DNA of 64,000 bases from NCBI GenBank assembly GCA_937625935.1, contig OW569352.1:496001-560000 (forward strand). The letters are read 5' to 3'. Positions 10,156 through 20,826 of the stretch are shown here, piece after piece. This DNA comes from Tetramitus jugosus (Eukaryota; Protista; Heterolobosea). Each line of letters starts with the position of its first letter. The stretch's first letter is position 1. Below the pieces are notes generated by a model. That model was not told the DNA's origin. It did not search any database and was given only the letters and a program-made list of their open reading frames with translations. The translations under genes were made by a program, and so were the position numbers.

Positions 10156-11444
10156 ATGCATGCTTTTACCAAGCAGACAATAGAACAAACCTATTGCCTG
10201 CGGTTGTTTCCCAGACAAGAATCGATCGTGAAAAGTTTGGAAAATGAGAAGTTGAATCCACACTTGCAGTATGTTACAAACTTCTTCAACTTCTTTTTGA
10301 TGAGTGTGGGAGCACCCCATATGTAATAGCGCTCGTATGCGTCATCATGTCAGTTTTTGGGGATGACTCATCCAATTTTTTATGTCAATCTTGTTATTCA
10401 AACAACAGATTAAATTGTAAAGGAACGAAAACTATTGCTTCCATTGTTCAGCACTTGACCATGAAATGGTTAAAGGCATTGCCTGATGGTCACTGTGTTC
10501 GTCTTTACCCTAAAAAGCTAAACTTTAGTTCCGTGGCTCATCAAGGATGGGGCGTATCGGATGGTGATAAGCTCACTATGAGACAGCTGTACATGGATCA
10601 ATGTGACTCGTCCACCACAACATCCCAAGCTCCTCATGTCGTTCAATTAGAGTACGATTTCGTGATCCCTGGCAGCACGAAACACTCGTTTGTAAATCCA
10701 AGCTCCATTTCCAGTTGTACGATGCAACCACAGTTGACAATTACTGCTCCAGCAGCCGTATCCAACAAGAATGAAAGACCCTTATCAACAGTTGGTAATG
10801 CCAAGACAGCAACTTATTCCAACATCCGAACTAATCTCAATGGAACAAGTCATTCGCTCGGACTGTCATCAACTAATGTGCATGACTTATCTCTCCCGAA
10901 CGGTGCAACATCGGATTCTTTTGATCTCGGCTCCTTTCTTTTAAATTCGAACAGTGGATTCGTACATGATGAGCATTTGCTCAATGCCACCAGTCAAAAA
11001 AGTCTTGGTGACAAGCTAATATCTAGCCAACCATTTTCCTTGGGTGAGTTATCGATACCACAGAGTCTGCAGAGTCGAATGTGGTCTCAACCAGATGTGA
11101 ATTCAAAAGGCAACCTGTTTTCAGGCACTATCAGCAACAGTGGTGGTCCTTCACTTGGTGTTAGTCTCGGTAGTATTTTGAATGGCAATGACAGCAATGT
11201 TTTAAAGTTGGATACAATTGATTCTGCTACGAGTTCGGCATTCACATTGACATCATTTGCTGATGCTATCCGTCAACAACCTGAACTCTCGTCGGTTCCA
11301 ATCTCCTCCTCGAGTACTAATGACAGCTTCAGTTTGCCTGGTAGCAGCACCAAGAAGAAGAGGAAGAGAATTACAGACTTTTTCGAACGATCTAATTCCA
11401 GCTCTAACACTAGCCGTACACGCAGTCCCCCGCGGAAAAAGTAG
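10156..11444 (+). CDS. Cramped/TSL-kinase-interacting protein 1 (TKI1)-like domain protein, 2 exons
   Basis: Exon1 10156..10268, intron GTATGT 10269..10408 (CAG), exon2 10409..11444. Spliced product LRLFP...SLENEKLNPHLQLNCKGTKTIASIVQHLTMKW...VRLYP...GW...LEYDF matches the TKI1/Cramped conserved block; C-terminal NLS KKKRKR. An upstream exon is possible. Confidence 0.6.
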
Positions 11445-11657
11445 TACTAACTATTAATTCTATGGTGTTTTCCATAGAATCTGCTAACGTTAATCCGAGT
11501 GGTATTGGTTATGTGACACTCAACAGTGCTACTTTCTTCTGAAGGAGATTTTGAGCTCAAAAGATAATTTATTAGGAAAACCTTAAAAGGACAACTTTCT
11601 ACCGCAGGACGCTTCGTGTATATTACAAGTAGCAGTGGAGAATAGCACGAGTATCCT

Positions 11658-12623
11658 TCACTTATCAGCAACGAGATTAGAGACGATAAGAGCAGCAATC
11701 AGTGCTGCAAACATAATGCCGTTCCAAGAGAATGAAGTGTTTGAAACACAGAGACCGCTCTCTCTCAAGCTAGTAGGATCATGACCAGCTGCATTCCAAC
11801 CAGCTTCGTTTGGTGGATAGATAAACTTCTCATCCAAATCATGGGCATCCGGTCTGAGATGCGAACATGGCACAAATGCCTCATTTCTGAGTGAACTATA
11901 CTTTCCAATGGGTAAATCTCCCTTTGCACACCCGTCGTTCGTCTCAATACCGTTCTCACTCAATATTTGTTCGACTTTCTCGATCCATGGGCGATAAAAA
12001 CTGAGATCCTCTTCGTCGTCCTTGCTCAGTTCAAATGTATCAAACGGATTCGACATCACATTGTTGAACTCCATTAGATTTGTGGAGGAATAGAGATCAT
12101 TTGGGTCATCGATCGAATGATTCACAAACAACCCATTGCCAACATACTCTCGAATCGTTCTATATCGATTCAGATCATAATAACGATACAGGTAAATGGT
12201 AATTTCGCGCCCTTTCATATGGTCAGGCCAATTCTCTCGCAGTAACATACATTTCAGACCAAAGTGATATCCGGCGTCTAAATACTGTTGAACAATGAGA
12301 TTGAATGCCTTTGGTACATCACTCAGTCGAATGGAGAAGTGAATCTTCCAATCGGGTGCTCTGTGATGAGTAATGGCTTGTGCAATCCAGTACTGTCTGG
12401 CCTTCAGGGTAAAGAGACGACACCAACCATTGGAAGCACCCATAAAGTATCCCGTGCCATTCTGTTTGCATGTGATCATTTTGTTCTCTCTCAACAACCA
12501 ATCGTAATCGATCAATTCGAACGGATGGTCCTCTATGCTCTCATCACCTGGATCATTGATCAGCAATGGTGTTCCCTTGGAGGGAGCATTTTCAACGATG
12601 GTAGATTCTTGTGTGGTAGACAT
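11658..12623 (-). CDS. OspF/SpvC-like phosphothreonine lyase-fold protein with C-terminal TM anchor
   Basis: Ordered motifs WKIHFSI..DVPKAF, GLK, GREITIY, WIEKVEQILSENGI, CAKGD, KYSSLRNE; terminal hydrophobic IMFAALIAALIV. Confidence 0.65.
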   Translation of the reverse strand: MSTTQESTIVENAPSKGTPLLINDPGDESIEDHPFELIDYDWLLRENKMITCKQNGTGYFMGASNGWCRLFTLKARQYWIAQAITHHRAPDWKIHFSIRLSDVPKAFNLIVQQYLDAGYHFGLKCMLLRENWPDHMKGREITIYLYRYYDLNRYRTIREYVGNGLFVNHSIDDPNDLYSSTNLMEFNNVMSNPFDTFELSKDDEEDLSFYRPWIEKVEQILSENGIETNDGCAKGDLPIGKYSSLRNEAFVPCSHLRPDAHDLDEKFIYPPNEAGWNAAGHDPTSLRESGLCVSNTSFSWNGIMFAALIAALIVSNLVADK

Positions 12624-12750
12624 TGCTTTATTACTCTGAGTAACAAGTCGTGTTTTGCTTTTTGTTTATTCCGTCAGGTCACTCAGTTCTCAAATTGTGG
12701 AACAAGTCCAACGACTACATCGGAAAGAATTGGATCAAAACAAAGGAAGT

Positions 12751-13296
12751 TTATTCTTCTTTGCTCAAGTGAGCCAATTCACTTGCATTCTGTTCCCAGT
12801 TCTGTCCATCAAACACCTCAATTTTCATCTTGATATTGTGGAAATTATCCAAACATCTCACATTGATGTCATATCCGTCAGGATTGCTTCTAGGAATGTA
12901 GAATGGGCTGATGCCACAAGTCTTGCAAAAGAAGTGCTTTGCAGTGTGTGCTGTACATGAGTCCAAGATAGAAGAAAACAACATGTGTGAGAAGGGACCA
13001 ATAGCGCTCAAAGAAAAAACACCAACAAGCAAACAGCTGACAAACAAAAGCTAAGACATACTTCCAAACGTGTAGCAAGACAAGTGCTCCTGAGAGGACT
13101 CTTTCAAGTCAAAATTTGACTTGGGAACAATGTAGTGCAAAAATCCCTTCTTTGTGCAAATGGAGCAATTGCAATCGAGCACATCGAGTACACTGGGACC
13201 GTTGAACGTTCCTACGACACCTCCACAATGACAGGATACTATATACTTGACCAATGTATCTTGATCGTTTTGTTGCGATGATTGCTCTTGGGACAT
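12751..13296 (-). CDS. GFA/CENP-V family zinc protein, 2 exons
   Basis: Exon1 13296..13062, intron 13061..12951, exon2 12950..12751; SCHCGGV, CNCSIC, YTFGTHTAKHFFCKTCG..PFY.PRSNPDG..INVRCLD, FDGQNWE. Confidence 0.9.
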
Positions 13297-13494
13297 TGTT
13301 GTCGATGTTTTTTGTTGTTCAGGACGTGTTTTGTGAGCAATCAGTTCCAGTTCGAGGGGTATTATTCCTTCAAGAGAAGGAAATAGTTCAAAACTGGGTT
13401 TGAGCTCCCCAACCAAGAGATTCATGACAGAAGAAGATTGACTGATTTTTTTTATTGATACATATCATACAAGTGGAGGATATACAACCTAGGT

Positions 13495-14592
13495 CTAGAA
13501 GCAGCAACAACAACGAGAGTCATAAGGGCCAAAAAAGGCAGCCAATTCATAGTTACCACAGAAGACAGTGTAAAAGATTGTCATGAAGGCACTGATGCCA
13601 ACTGCACCACCCATCCAATATTTCTTGTTCTTCTTCTGCGTTGTTGATCCTTGGATGAGAGGAGTGGTGACTTCAGGTTCCAACACTGGTTCAATGTCAT
13701 CAGTCATGCTCTCCACCAACGGCTGAGTAATCTCCACCAATGGGGCACTATGACTAATCTCTAGGTTGGTTTCAGCTTGCTCTTGCTGTTCCTTAACAAG
13801 CACTTGTTCTTGTTCTGTGCTTTGCTCTGGATTTTTTTCGAATGGATTGTTTCTGAACAATGACAGATATAGCATGATGCAAATAGGATCTAGGTCGTTA
13901 CTAAAGTCAGTTGCTGAGACAATCTTTGGAACTCCCAGTGATTGAGAAGCCACATCAAGACAACTCGTTATTGTATCTTCGGCAGTTCTGTTGGCAGTGT
14001 CAATGCTCACAGAACTACCCAGAGACGACACCAGAGCTGCCAAAGCCTCTCCGCTAGCCCAATCATGATTGAAGTTGCTCACTGATCGATACTTATCCTT
14101 CAGCTTGTGATTAATCCAACTTAATAGATCTATTTCAGCAGTTTCAATCGTGGATGCAGTTCTAATGTGCCTTGATCGCGGTTTTTGCTTGAAGTTCCTT
14201 CGTGCATCACCAGAGATTTGATAATGAAACAGTACGGACCAGATGAGACCAAGAATCATTTTCAAATTTCCATCCACAATGTGCTCAGAGGACACACCCG
14301 TTAGAATCAATCCATCTACTCTACGAAGGTAATTGATTACCAACTGAACATTTGTTAACATTTTTACCCTTATTCTCGCATCCTGTTCTATTGGGTGTTC
14401 GAACTCAACTGAACTATCCTTATAGTACCTCGACAACTCCTGGATCAGGTGAATCAGATGATTACCGTCGGATAGTCCAGTCACAAGATCTTGGATCTCT
14501 GTTTGATATTTCCTTGATAAGAAAGCATTTATGTAGTTGGTGAAGACTCTTTGTTGGATGCAACTCGAGTGGGTATTGTTTGTGCTGTTCAT
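13495..14592 (-). CDS. Tandem calponin-homology (actinin-type actin-binding domain) protein with C-terminal TM
   Basis: IQQRVFTNYIN, LSDGNHLIHLIQEL, IVDGNLKMILGLIWSVLFHYQI (CH1); LLSWIN..VSNFNHDWASGEALAALV..LGVPKIV (CH2); hydrophobic segment near the end, tail CCCCF. Confidence 0.85.
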   Translation of the reverse strand: MNSTNNTHSSCIQQRVFTNYINAFLSRKYQTEIQDLVTGLSDGNHLIHLIQELSRYYKDSSVEFEHPIEQDARIRVKMLTNVQLVINYLRRVDGLILTGVSSEHIVDGNLKMILGLIWSVLFHYQISGDARRNFKQKPRSRHIRTASTIETAEIDLLSWINHKLKDKYRSVSNFNHDWASGEALAALVSSLGSSVSIDTANRTAEDTITSCLDVASQSLGVPKIVSATDFSNDLDPICIMLYLSLFRNNPFEKNPEQSTEQEQVLVKEQQEQAETNLEISHSAPLVEITQPLVESMTDDIEPVLEPEVTTPLIQGSTTQKKNKKYWMGGAVGISAFMTIFYTVFCGNYELAAFFGPYDSRCCCCF

Positions 14593-14927
14593 TGCTTGTT
14601 ATTAATTTTTGTTTCTCAACAGCAACAATCATTCCATGACAAGAACACTTTTTATGTGAGCACCGTAAATCGATCAGTTGTTATCGGTTGGCGATTCGTC
14701 ATCTACGAATCCCCTCACACCATTTTGATCGGTTAGCTCCACTCCTTAATGCTGTTAACCAAAGCCCTATTGCCATACCAACTCGTGATTTTAGCTAAAG
14801 GATCGCTATGCTTCCACGGTGAACACTTGTACTGACTTGTTCTCTGTGAGAGGTTGCTTGCGCAAGCCCTTACCAATTGTTCGCCAATCAGCCTAAAAGC
14901 CGAAATTTCTTTAGTCTAAATATAGCG

Positions 14928-15000
14928 GGTCGTTTAGCTCAGTCGGTAGAGCGTTGGTCTAATAAGCCATTGGTCGCAGGTTCGATCCCTGCAACGACCA
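14928..15000 (+). tRNA. tRNA-Ile (anticodon AAT)
   Basis: GGTCGTT/AACGACC acceptor stem, D-arm TAGCTCAGTCGGTAGAGC, anticodon loop CT-AAT-AA, T-arm GCAGG-TTCGATC-CCTGC; T-run Pol III terminator immediately downstream. Confidence 0.93.
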
Positions 15001-15098
15001 CTCCTTTTTCAATTTGCCAGCTTTTAGTTTTGGTCTTTCGTTGATCTTAGAATGTGTGAGCCGTTCAGGGATGGATGACATTGGTTGTGAACAGTTTA

Positions 15099-16991
15099 TT
15101 AGTTGGACTGCAGATTTCTGATGCACAAATCCCATTGCTCGGCGTTGTCCCACAAGTCCTCAAGGATATAATTTCTACCAGGTGTCTGAATGATGAAATC
15201 CTTGTTTGATTTGACTTGCACAGACAGATCCTTGGACCATGGAATTACACCCTTGAGTGTCATTTTCTGTTCATCGACATAGAAGAACCTAGGTCGATCC
15301 GTTAATATAAGTTGTCTCTTCTTTGATGTCATTCTTCTTCGTTTGATGACCAAAGAGTGGAATTGAATCTTTTCATTCTTCAATAGGAATGAGTTGAATT
15401 TGGAGGCATCTCTAATCTGAGGTGGCATGGCGCTCAATGGTTTTATCCTCGGTGGCGTCTGCAAATGCAAAGTATTCCAATCGATGCCATTAAAGAATGG
15501 ATGTGCCTTCAATTCGGCATAACCACCTGGCCTGGCACCCAATCGATCATCAGGATTAATATGTAACAGCTCCTCTACCAGGCTCTTGGCATCGGATGGA
15601 AAATTGTCTGGAAAGTCGATCCGTCTGTTCAGAATCTTTTGAAATATGAGGTAATCAGAATCGCCAGAAAACGCATGATAACCTGTCAGGAATTGGAAAA
15701 TAATACAGCCGAGTGCCCACAAATCAGATCCATTCTTGCATGGTGCATTGTTTAGCACTTCCTAATAAGAATGAACAAAGCAAACAGACACACATAGAAT
15801 AATGTTGTCAGCATTTGAATTCTTTTCTCGCCATCATATTCATCATCATCACTCTTTTTCAACCATAACAACAACAACAAGAACAAGAACATGTATGTAA
15901 ACAACACACACACACACAACTAACGTGACACATACCGGTGATACATAATTTGCTGTCCCGCAAAACGTTTGCTTACTCTGTCTTCGTTGAATATCAGAAT
16001 TGTCCTTGATCATATCAGTTCCATTCTCAAGTATACGTGCTGTTCCAAAATCCGTAATCTTGAGATGCATCTGCTGATTCAGAATCAAATTCTCTGGTTT
16101 CATATCTCTGTGAATAATGTTCAATGAATGCATGTACTCTAGTCCATTGATAATCTCTGCAGTGTAGAATCGAGTGGCCTCCACAGTAAATGGCCCATAC
16201 TTTGTCAAAATGTCAAACATTTCACCGCCTGGTGCAAACTCTAGTGCAAAATCTAAAATGACATGTACATTGATTCATTCATTCATTGATTCATTCATGG
16301 GAGTATTTTGTCAATGTCATATTGTGTGTGATCGGTATATCATAGTGGTGAGTGTATTATAATTAGTCGTAGCAAGAGTTGTAGTAATTGAAGTAGTAGT
16401 AGCAGTAGTAGTAGTAGTAGTGGTAGTGAGTGTGCAAGTGTGAGGTCAATATAGTGTGTTCGCATGATGATTTGTATATTCAGTCAAATAATGAAGAGAA
16501 AAGTGTATTATTATACGTCATTGTTGTTATGATTCATTTGATGGGAGAATAGATCCAATGGATTCAGAGTACATTGACCATGAAACAGACACAAAATAGG
16601 AAAATGTTAGAATTATAATCTCAACAACAACAACAACAACAATTAATCGTTTCATCACTCATCACTTACACAAATTGTTGCTATCTTGAAAAGTACAAAA
16701 CAATTTTATAATGTTCGGATGGTCCATCATGTGCAACACTTGTTTCTCAATCTTGACCGTATTCACCTTATTTTCCTTTATAATCAACTTTTTTTCAATT
16801 TCCTTTGTCGCATATTTGACACCCGTTTTTTTAAAAGTGGTGAGAACAACGGTAGAATAAGCTCCTTTGCCCAACTCTTCACCAAACTCAAAATCGTCCT
16901 TTGTAATGATTTTTTGGTCGTCACTAATGCTCATGCGAGTCATGTGAGATGACAAGTGTGAAGTCGACGATGACGACAATGTTGATGTCAT
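15099..16991 (-). CDS. PDPK1: 3-phosphoinositide-dependent protein kinase 1 (kinase + C-terminal PH), 3 exons
   Basis: Exons 16991..16670, 16252..15936, 15761..15099 with GT-AG introns; GKGAYSTV, HRDMKPEN, ITDFGTA, TFCGTANYVSPE, SDLWALGC, KKRQLILTD.PR..YVD...KG.IPWS. Confidence 0.93.
16389..16426. repeat. (GTA)n microsatellite in a PDK1 intron
   Basis: gtagtagtagcagtagtagtagtagtagtggtagt. Confidence 0.6.
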
Positions 16992-17361
16992 TTTTTTTTC
17001 TCGTAGTTGTGTGAGAGCTATTATTGGTTGTTGTTTGTTGTTTGGTTGGATTGCTATCGACTACTGTTGTTGTTTGTGGCACAGTGAGTTGTTGAGGAGT
17101 TTTTTGAGAGGTGAGATGAGGAACGAAAGAAGTTGGGGCCTCAAAAATACCTCGAGTTGTGTGGTGCGTGTTTGTGCGTGATGACAGACATAACAAACAA
17201 ATTCGCCCTGTTGTTCCCCAAGTGTACAAAATCCCGAAGCAGTAAAACGAAACGAGTTGGTTTACTGAACACAACAAACCACTTTTTACGTCAAGTATCA
17301 TTGAGCGACAAGACATTCCTTTGCGAAAACTGGAATAGACCAAAAAATCGATAGCGATATC

Positions 17362-18072
17362 ATGATGGACGAACAAACTGCTCTCGCGCAATTTAACGAC
17401 CAAGTCAACCGTCTCTTCCGTATTCATCACACCCAATTGCGGTCGCTCCAGCGAAAGAGAGATGTCCAATCGTTGCAACTCACTCAAAAGAGGCACAATC
17501 GCGAAAAGCAACGAGCCGATCTCTCGCTGCGCATTCAAATCCTGGAACAGGAGAATGAAAGATTGAGGCACTTGTGCAAACAAGAGGCTAAAGCAAGGCA
17601 ACAATACCATAAGATTAGGAAACAACAGCAACGAATGACAGTGATGAACCAGTCGAGTACGAACAAGCGAAAGCAATCTGTTGGAAAGCACTTCAACGAT
17701 GAAAGCTCAGCAATGATATCAGAGGTACCTTGGAGAGCGACAACACAGCATGACGAAGATACTCAGAACGATGACAATTGTCAAACTCCATCCTCTGCAG
17801 CTCAACCGTGCTCCTCGTCATACACAGCATCGTCTGTGGCAGCTCAGAGGCGTGACACAACCTCTCCTCACTCTGTCCATAATAACAACAACAACAACAA
17901 TACCCATAACAACAGGATTCCAACGTCTATTGTGATCTCCCCTGAGAAGCAGAAGCCGCAACGTTCATTGGCAACAGAAAAAGATTTGGAGAACCATTCA
18001 CGGAGAGCAAATCAATCAAAGAACAGAGATGTCGTTGTAATTCGGCTGCCTGAGACCCAAGTTGAAGAATAA
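17362..18072 (+). CDS. Hypothetical coiled-coil protein
   Basis: 236-aa ORF with N-terminal Q/R/E-rich heptads; divergent from PDK1. Confidence 0.55.
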   Translation: MMDEQTALAQFNDQVNRLFRIHHTQLRSLQRKRDVQSLQLTQKRHNREKQRADLSLRIQILEQENERLRHLCKQEAKARQQYHKIRKQQQRMTVMNQSSTNKRKQSVGKHFNDESSAMISEVPWRATTQHDEDTQNDDNCQTPSSAAQPCSSSYTASSVAAQRRDTTSPHSVHNNNNNNNTHNNRIPTSIVISPEKQKPQRSLATEKDLENHSRRANQSKNRDVVVIRLPETQVEE

Positions 18073-18421
18073 TGGCGATACTGTTGAAAATTCGAGTGTT
18101 GGTCTTGTAGTTAAAAGGTCAAAAGGTGTCGCACATCACTACCGATTTTGATTGCGAAATCAGCCGTTCATTTCGTTTTATCGTTGTCGCTGATTGGAAC
18201 TCGCGAGTTCCAAGGGTGCATTTTATTTATGATTGAGCGTTCAACGCAATTTTGACCTCTACAAAGGGTCCGATATCCAATATCCCAATAGCTCGAAGAC
18301 TGACTCTTTCTGGCTCAGTCCAAACAACAACAACAACAAATAAAACAAAAGATCATTGGCAGTATATTCATCTATTGTCGTTAGTATTTATTAAGACCAC
18401 CATTTCATATGAACAGAGAAC

Positions 18422-19603
18422 ATGATCCCATCAAACAACCGGAATGGCCCCTCCTCCCATCAAGACTCCAACACCTTGACTCCATCTCAATCAGATTATC
18501 ACTTGCAGACACTGCCACCTTCTAACCTGTTCAACCTGCAACATCATCATCAACGGCAGCCACAACAACAACAAGCAATTCTACAACCGAACAACAATAG
18601 CGACAACAAAAGACAAGAACCAATCACACCATTGATGCCGAACATTGAACTACTATTGGATTGCTTCGAAGTGAATGAATCATGCACTTCTCCACTGGAC
18701 TACTCTGGACAAATAAGTCCCCTGGAGTGGAATACTGCTGAGCTAGAAGAACAATTCATGAACAACAATGCTGCTTCATCCGTATCATCAGCAAATAACT
18801 CTCATCATACATACCAACCGAATCATATGACTAAGATACCACCGAATTCTGACTTTTATGGCAACAACAACAACAATACTGATTCGCGGCTCTATTCTCA
18901 ACGACAACCTTCACAACAGCAACTAGGTGCTAATCATCGTATTGGCTATGATGATAGATTGTCAAATGTTGAACAGTGGGAAGACTCGGCACTAGGTATG
19001 GAACTACAACGACTATTGAACGTATTGAGTGAGCAGTATCGCGATTTGAGACGGCAACAAGATTCATTACGAGTTCAAAATCACCTTGCATACCACCTCG
19101 ATACAACAGCCAACATTGATATGAATAGTTTGTATTGTGTGGATAGCAAAGCAAGTCACTCCACACCTCCGCCTTCCACAACAAATCATCATCAGGTGTC
19201 AATGACTAAAGAAACAGTTATGTCTTCTTCATCTCCTTCTTCATTCTCTTCGTCTACCTATCAGATAGTACCAGAGGAAGTAGTATCTGTAACTAATGAG
19301 AGAAGAATGTCAGTAGATGCTCCCTCTGGTCAGAAGAGAAGCAGAATCTCACCTTCTTATAGTCCTTCAACGAACTCACCTCGAACAAGTGACAATGACG
19401 AGGAAGATAAAACACAATCGAGGAAGAAGAGAAGACTTCGACAGAGTTTTATTGAGCAGGACGAAGCACATCGCACAACTCGATTTAAGGACTCGAGCAT
19501 GCGGATGACTGACTTGACAGAGACGTACTCTCAACCGAAACCATCCAAAGACCAATGGAAGTTTTACAATTATACTCCAGATAGAGTCGGTGATTTACAA
19601 TAA
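18422..19603 (+). CDS. Hypothetical Q/N/S-rich protein with basic NLS-like motif
   Basis: 393-aa ORF, low complexity, RKKRRLR near the C-terminus. Confidence 0.6.
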   Translation: MIPSNNRNGPSSHQDSNTLTPSQSDYHLQTLPPSNLFNLQHHHQRQPQQQQAILQPNNNSDNKRQEPITPLMPNIELLLDCFEVNESCTSPLDYSGQISPLEWNTAELEEQFMNNNAASSVSSANNSHHTYQPNHMTKIPPNSDFYGNNNNNTDSRLYSQRQPSQQQLGANHRIGYDDRLSNVEQWEDSALGMELQRLLNVLSEQYRDLRRQQDSLRVQNHLAYHLDTTANIDMNSLYCVDSKASHSTPPPSTTNHHQVSMTKETVMSSSSPSSFSSSTYQIVPEEVVSVTNERRMSVDAPSGQKRSRISPSYSPSTNSPRTSDNDEEDKTQSRKKRRLRQSFIEQDEAHRTTRFKDSSMRMTDLTETYSQPKPSKDQWKFYNYTPDRVGDLQ

Positions 19604-19643
19604 TTACAATCCCTGTATATTTATTATCTAATAAAGAAAACGA

Positions 19644-20645
19644 TTAGTTGTCTGCTATCAATGGCTTAGTGGCAAACAATTGATAATTCACAGATAAATC
19701 ATCAGTCAATGACAACTTTTCTGTCACGGGATTATAGTCGACTCCTATTATCTCTTGAACGTCCAATCCATTCGCTTCCAATAGCATGGTCAACTCTTCT
19801 GGCTTTAAAAACTTTTGCCAATCATGCGTACCTGGAGGAACCAGTCGCAACAAGTACTCTGCCGCAGCAATTGCAAATAGGAACGACTTGGGTGTTCGAC
19901 TCAGTGTGGACATGAACAGAGCACCTCCCGGTTTCACAAACGATGCCAAGCTATTCGTAAATGACTGCAAATGAGAAACATGTTCAACCACTTCCAATGA
20001 AACAACCACATCAAACCATCCCATACCACTATTGACATTCATAGTAGTTGTAGTCGCTTGTTCATGAGTCATTTCATACAGCAATTGCTCTGCTGTACAA
20101 TGTCTATAATTCAATCGATCATAAACAGGCGTTCCCTTGAGTGCATATTCTTTGTGTTCCATAGCCACTTGAATATTGTTGAATGAAGCATCGAGAGCAG
20201 TCACATCAGCACCTAATCTAGCCAATGATTCACTCGCTAGACCACCACCACATCCAACATCCAATATTCTTAGTCCCTTCAACGGTTCTAATGCATTGTT
20301 AACCTGTTGTTGTTCTTGTGCTTGTTGCTGATTATGAGCAATAATCTTATTTTTAATGTACTTGATTCGGAATGGATTAATTTGATGCAATGTCTTCAAT
20401 TTTCCAGTTGGATTCCACCATTCTTTTGCCCTGGCCATATTACTAAAGAATTCAACTTCGGACTCGTCCACAGTGCTACTATTGTTTGCTTGTGGTGTGC
20501 TCGTATGGGCACTTCTCATCATGAAGGTTGTCTTGGATTTGGGTGTCATGATGTCATGTGTGGAGAATACCGCTGATGATGAGAATCTCTGGGACAACAT
20601 GTTTGTTGCCACGATCGATCTTCTTTGTGCCAATAGATGCTTCAT
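19644..20645 (-). CDS. COQ3: Ubiquinone biosynthesis O-methyltransferase (UbiG/COQ3), mitochondrial
   Basis: WWNPTGK..TLHQINPFR, ILDVGCGGGL.SESLARLGA, LEVVEHV, AEYLLRLVPPGTHDWQKF; likely start MKHLLAQRR at 20645 with a presequence. Confidence 0.92.
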   Translation of the reverse strand: MKHLLAQRRSIVATNMLSQRFSSSAVFSTHDIMTPKSKTTFMMRSAHTSTPQANNSSTVDESEVEFFSNMARAKEWWNPTGKLKTLHQINPFRIKYIKNKIIAHNQQQAQEQQQVNNALEPLKGLRILDVGCGGGLASESLARLGADVTALDASFNNIQVAMEHKEYALKGTPVYDRLNYRHCTAEQLLYEMTHEQATTTTMNVNSGMGWFDVVVSLEVVEHVSHLQSFTNSLASFVKPGGALFMSTLSRTPKSFLFAIAAAEYLLRLVPPGTHDWQKFLKPEELTMLLEANGLDVQEIIGVDYNPVTEKLSLTDDLSVNYQLFATKPLIADN

Positions 20646-20826
20646 GAATTGCCTCTGTGTGTGTTGATCCGTCTCTGAGCTCAGTTGTTTTGCCCCACCT
20701 AGAGAGAGAAAAGTTTTTTCTGGTTTCGGAGAGGAAAAACAACCATCAAAATACAGAGCATCACCCAAAGAAGAAAACAACGAACGAGAGACCACAAAAC
20801 AAAATAATCGCGAATCAAACATAACA

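Noticed and set aside
14640-14920. GC-richer intergenic stretch upstream of the tRNA as a possible ncRNA (for example vault RNA)
   Set aside because: No clear A/B boxes or recognisable structure by eye; an Infernal/Rfam scan would be needed.
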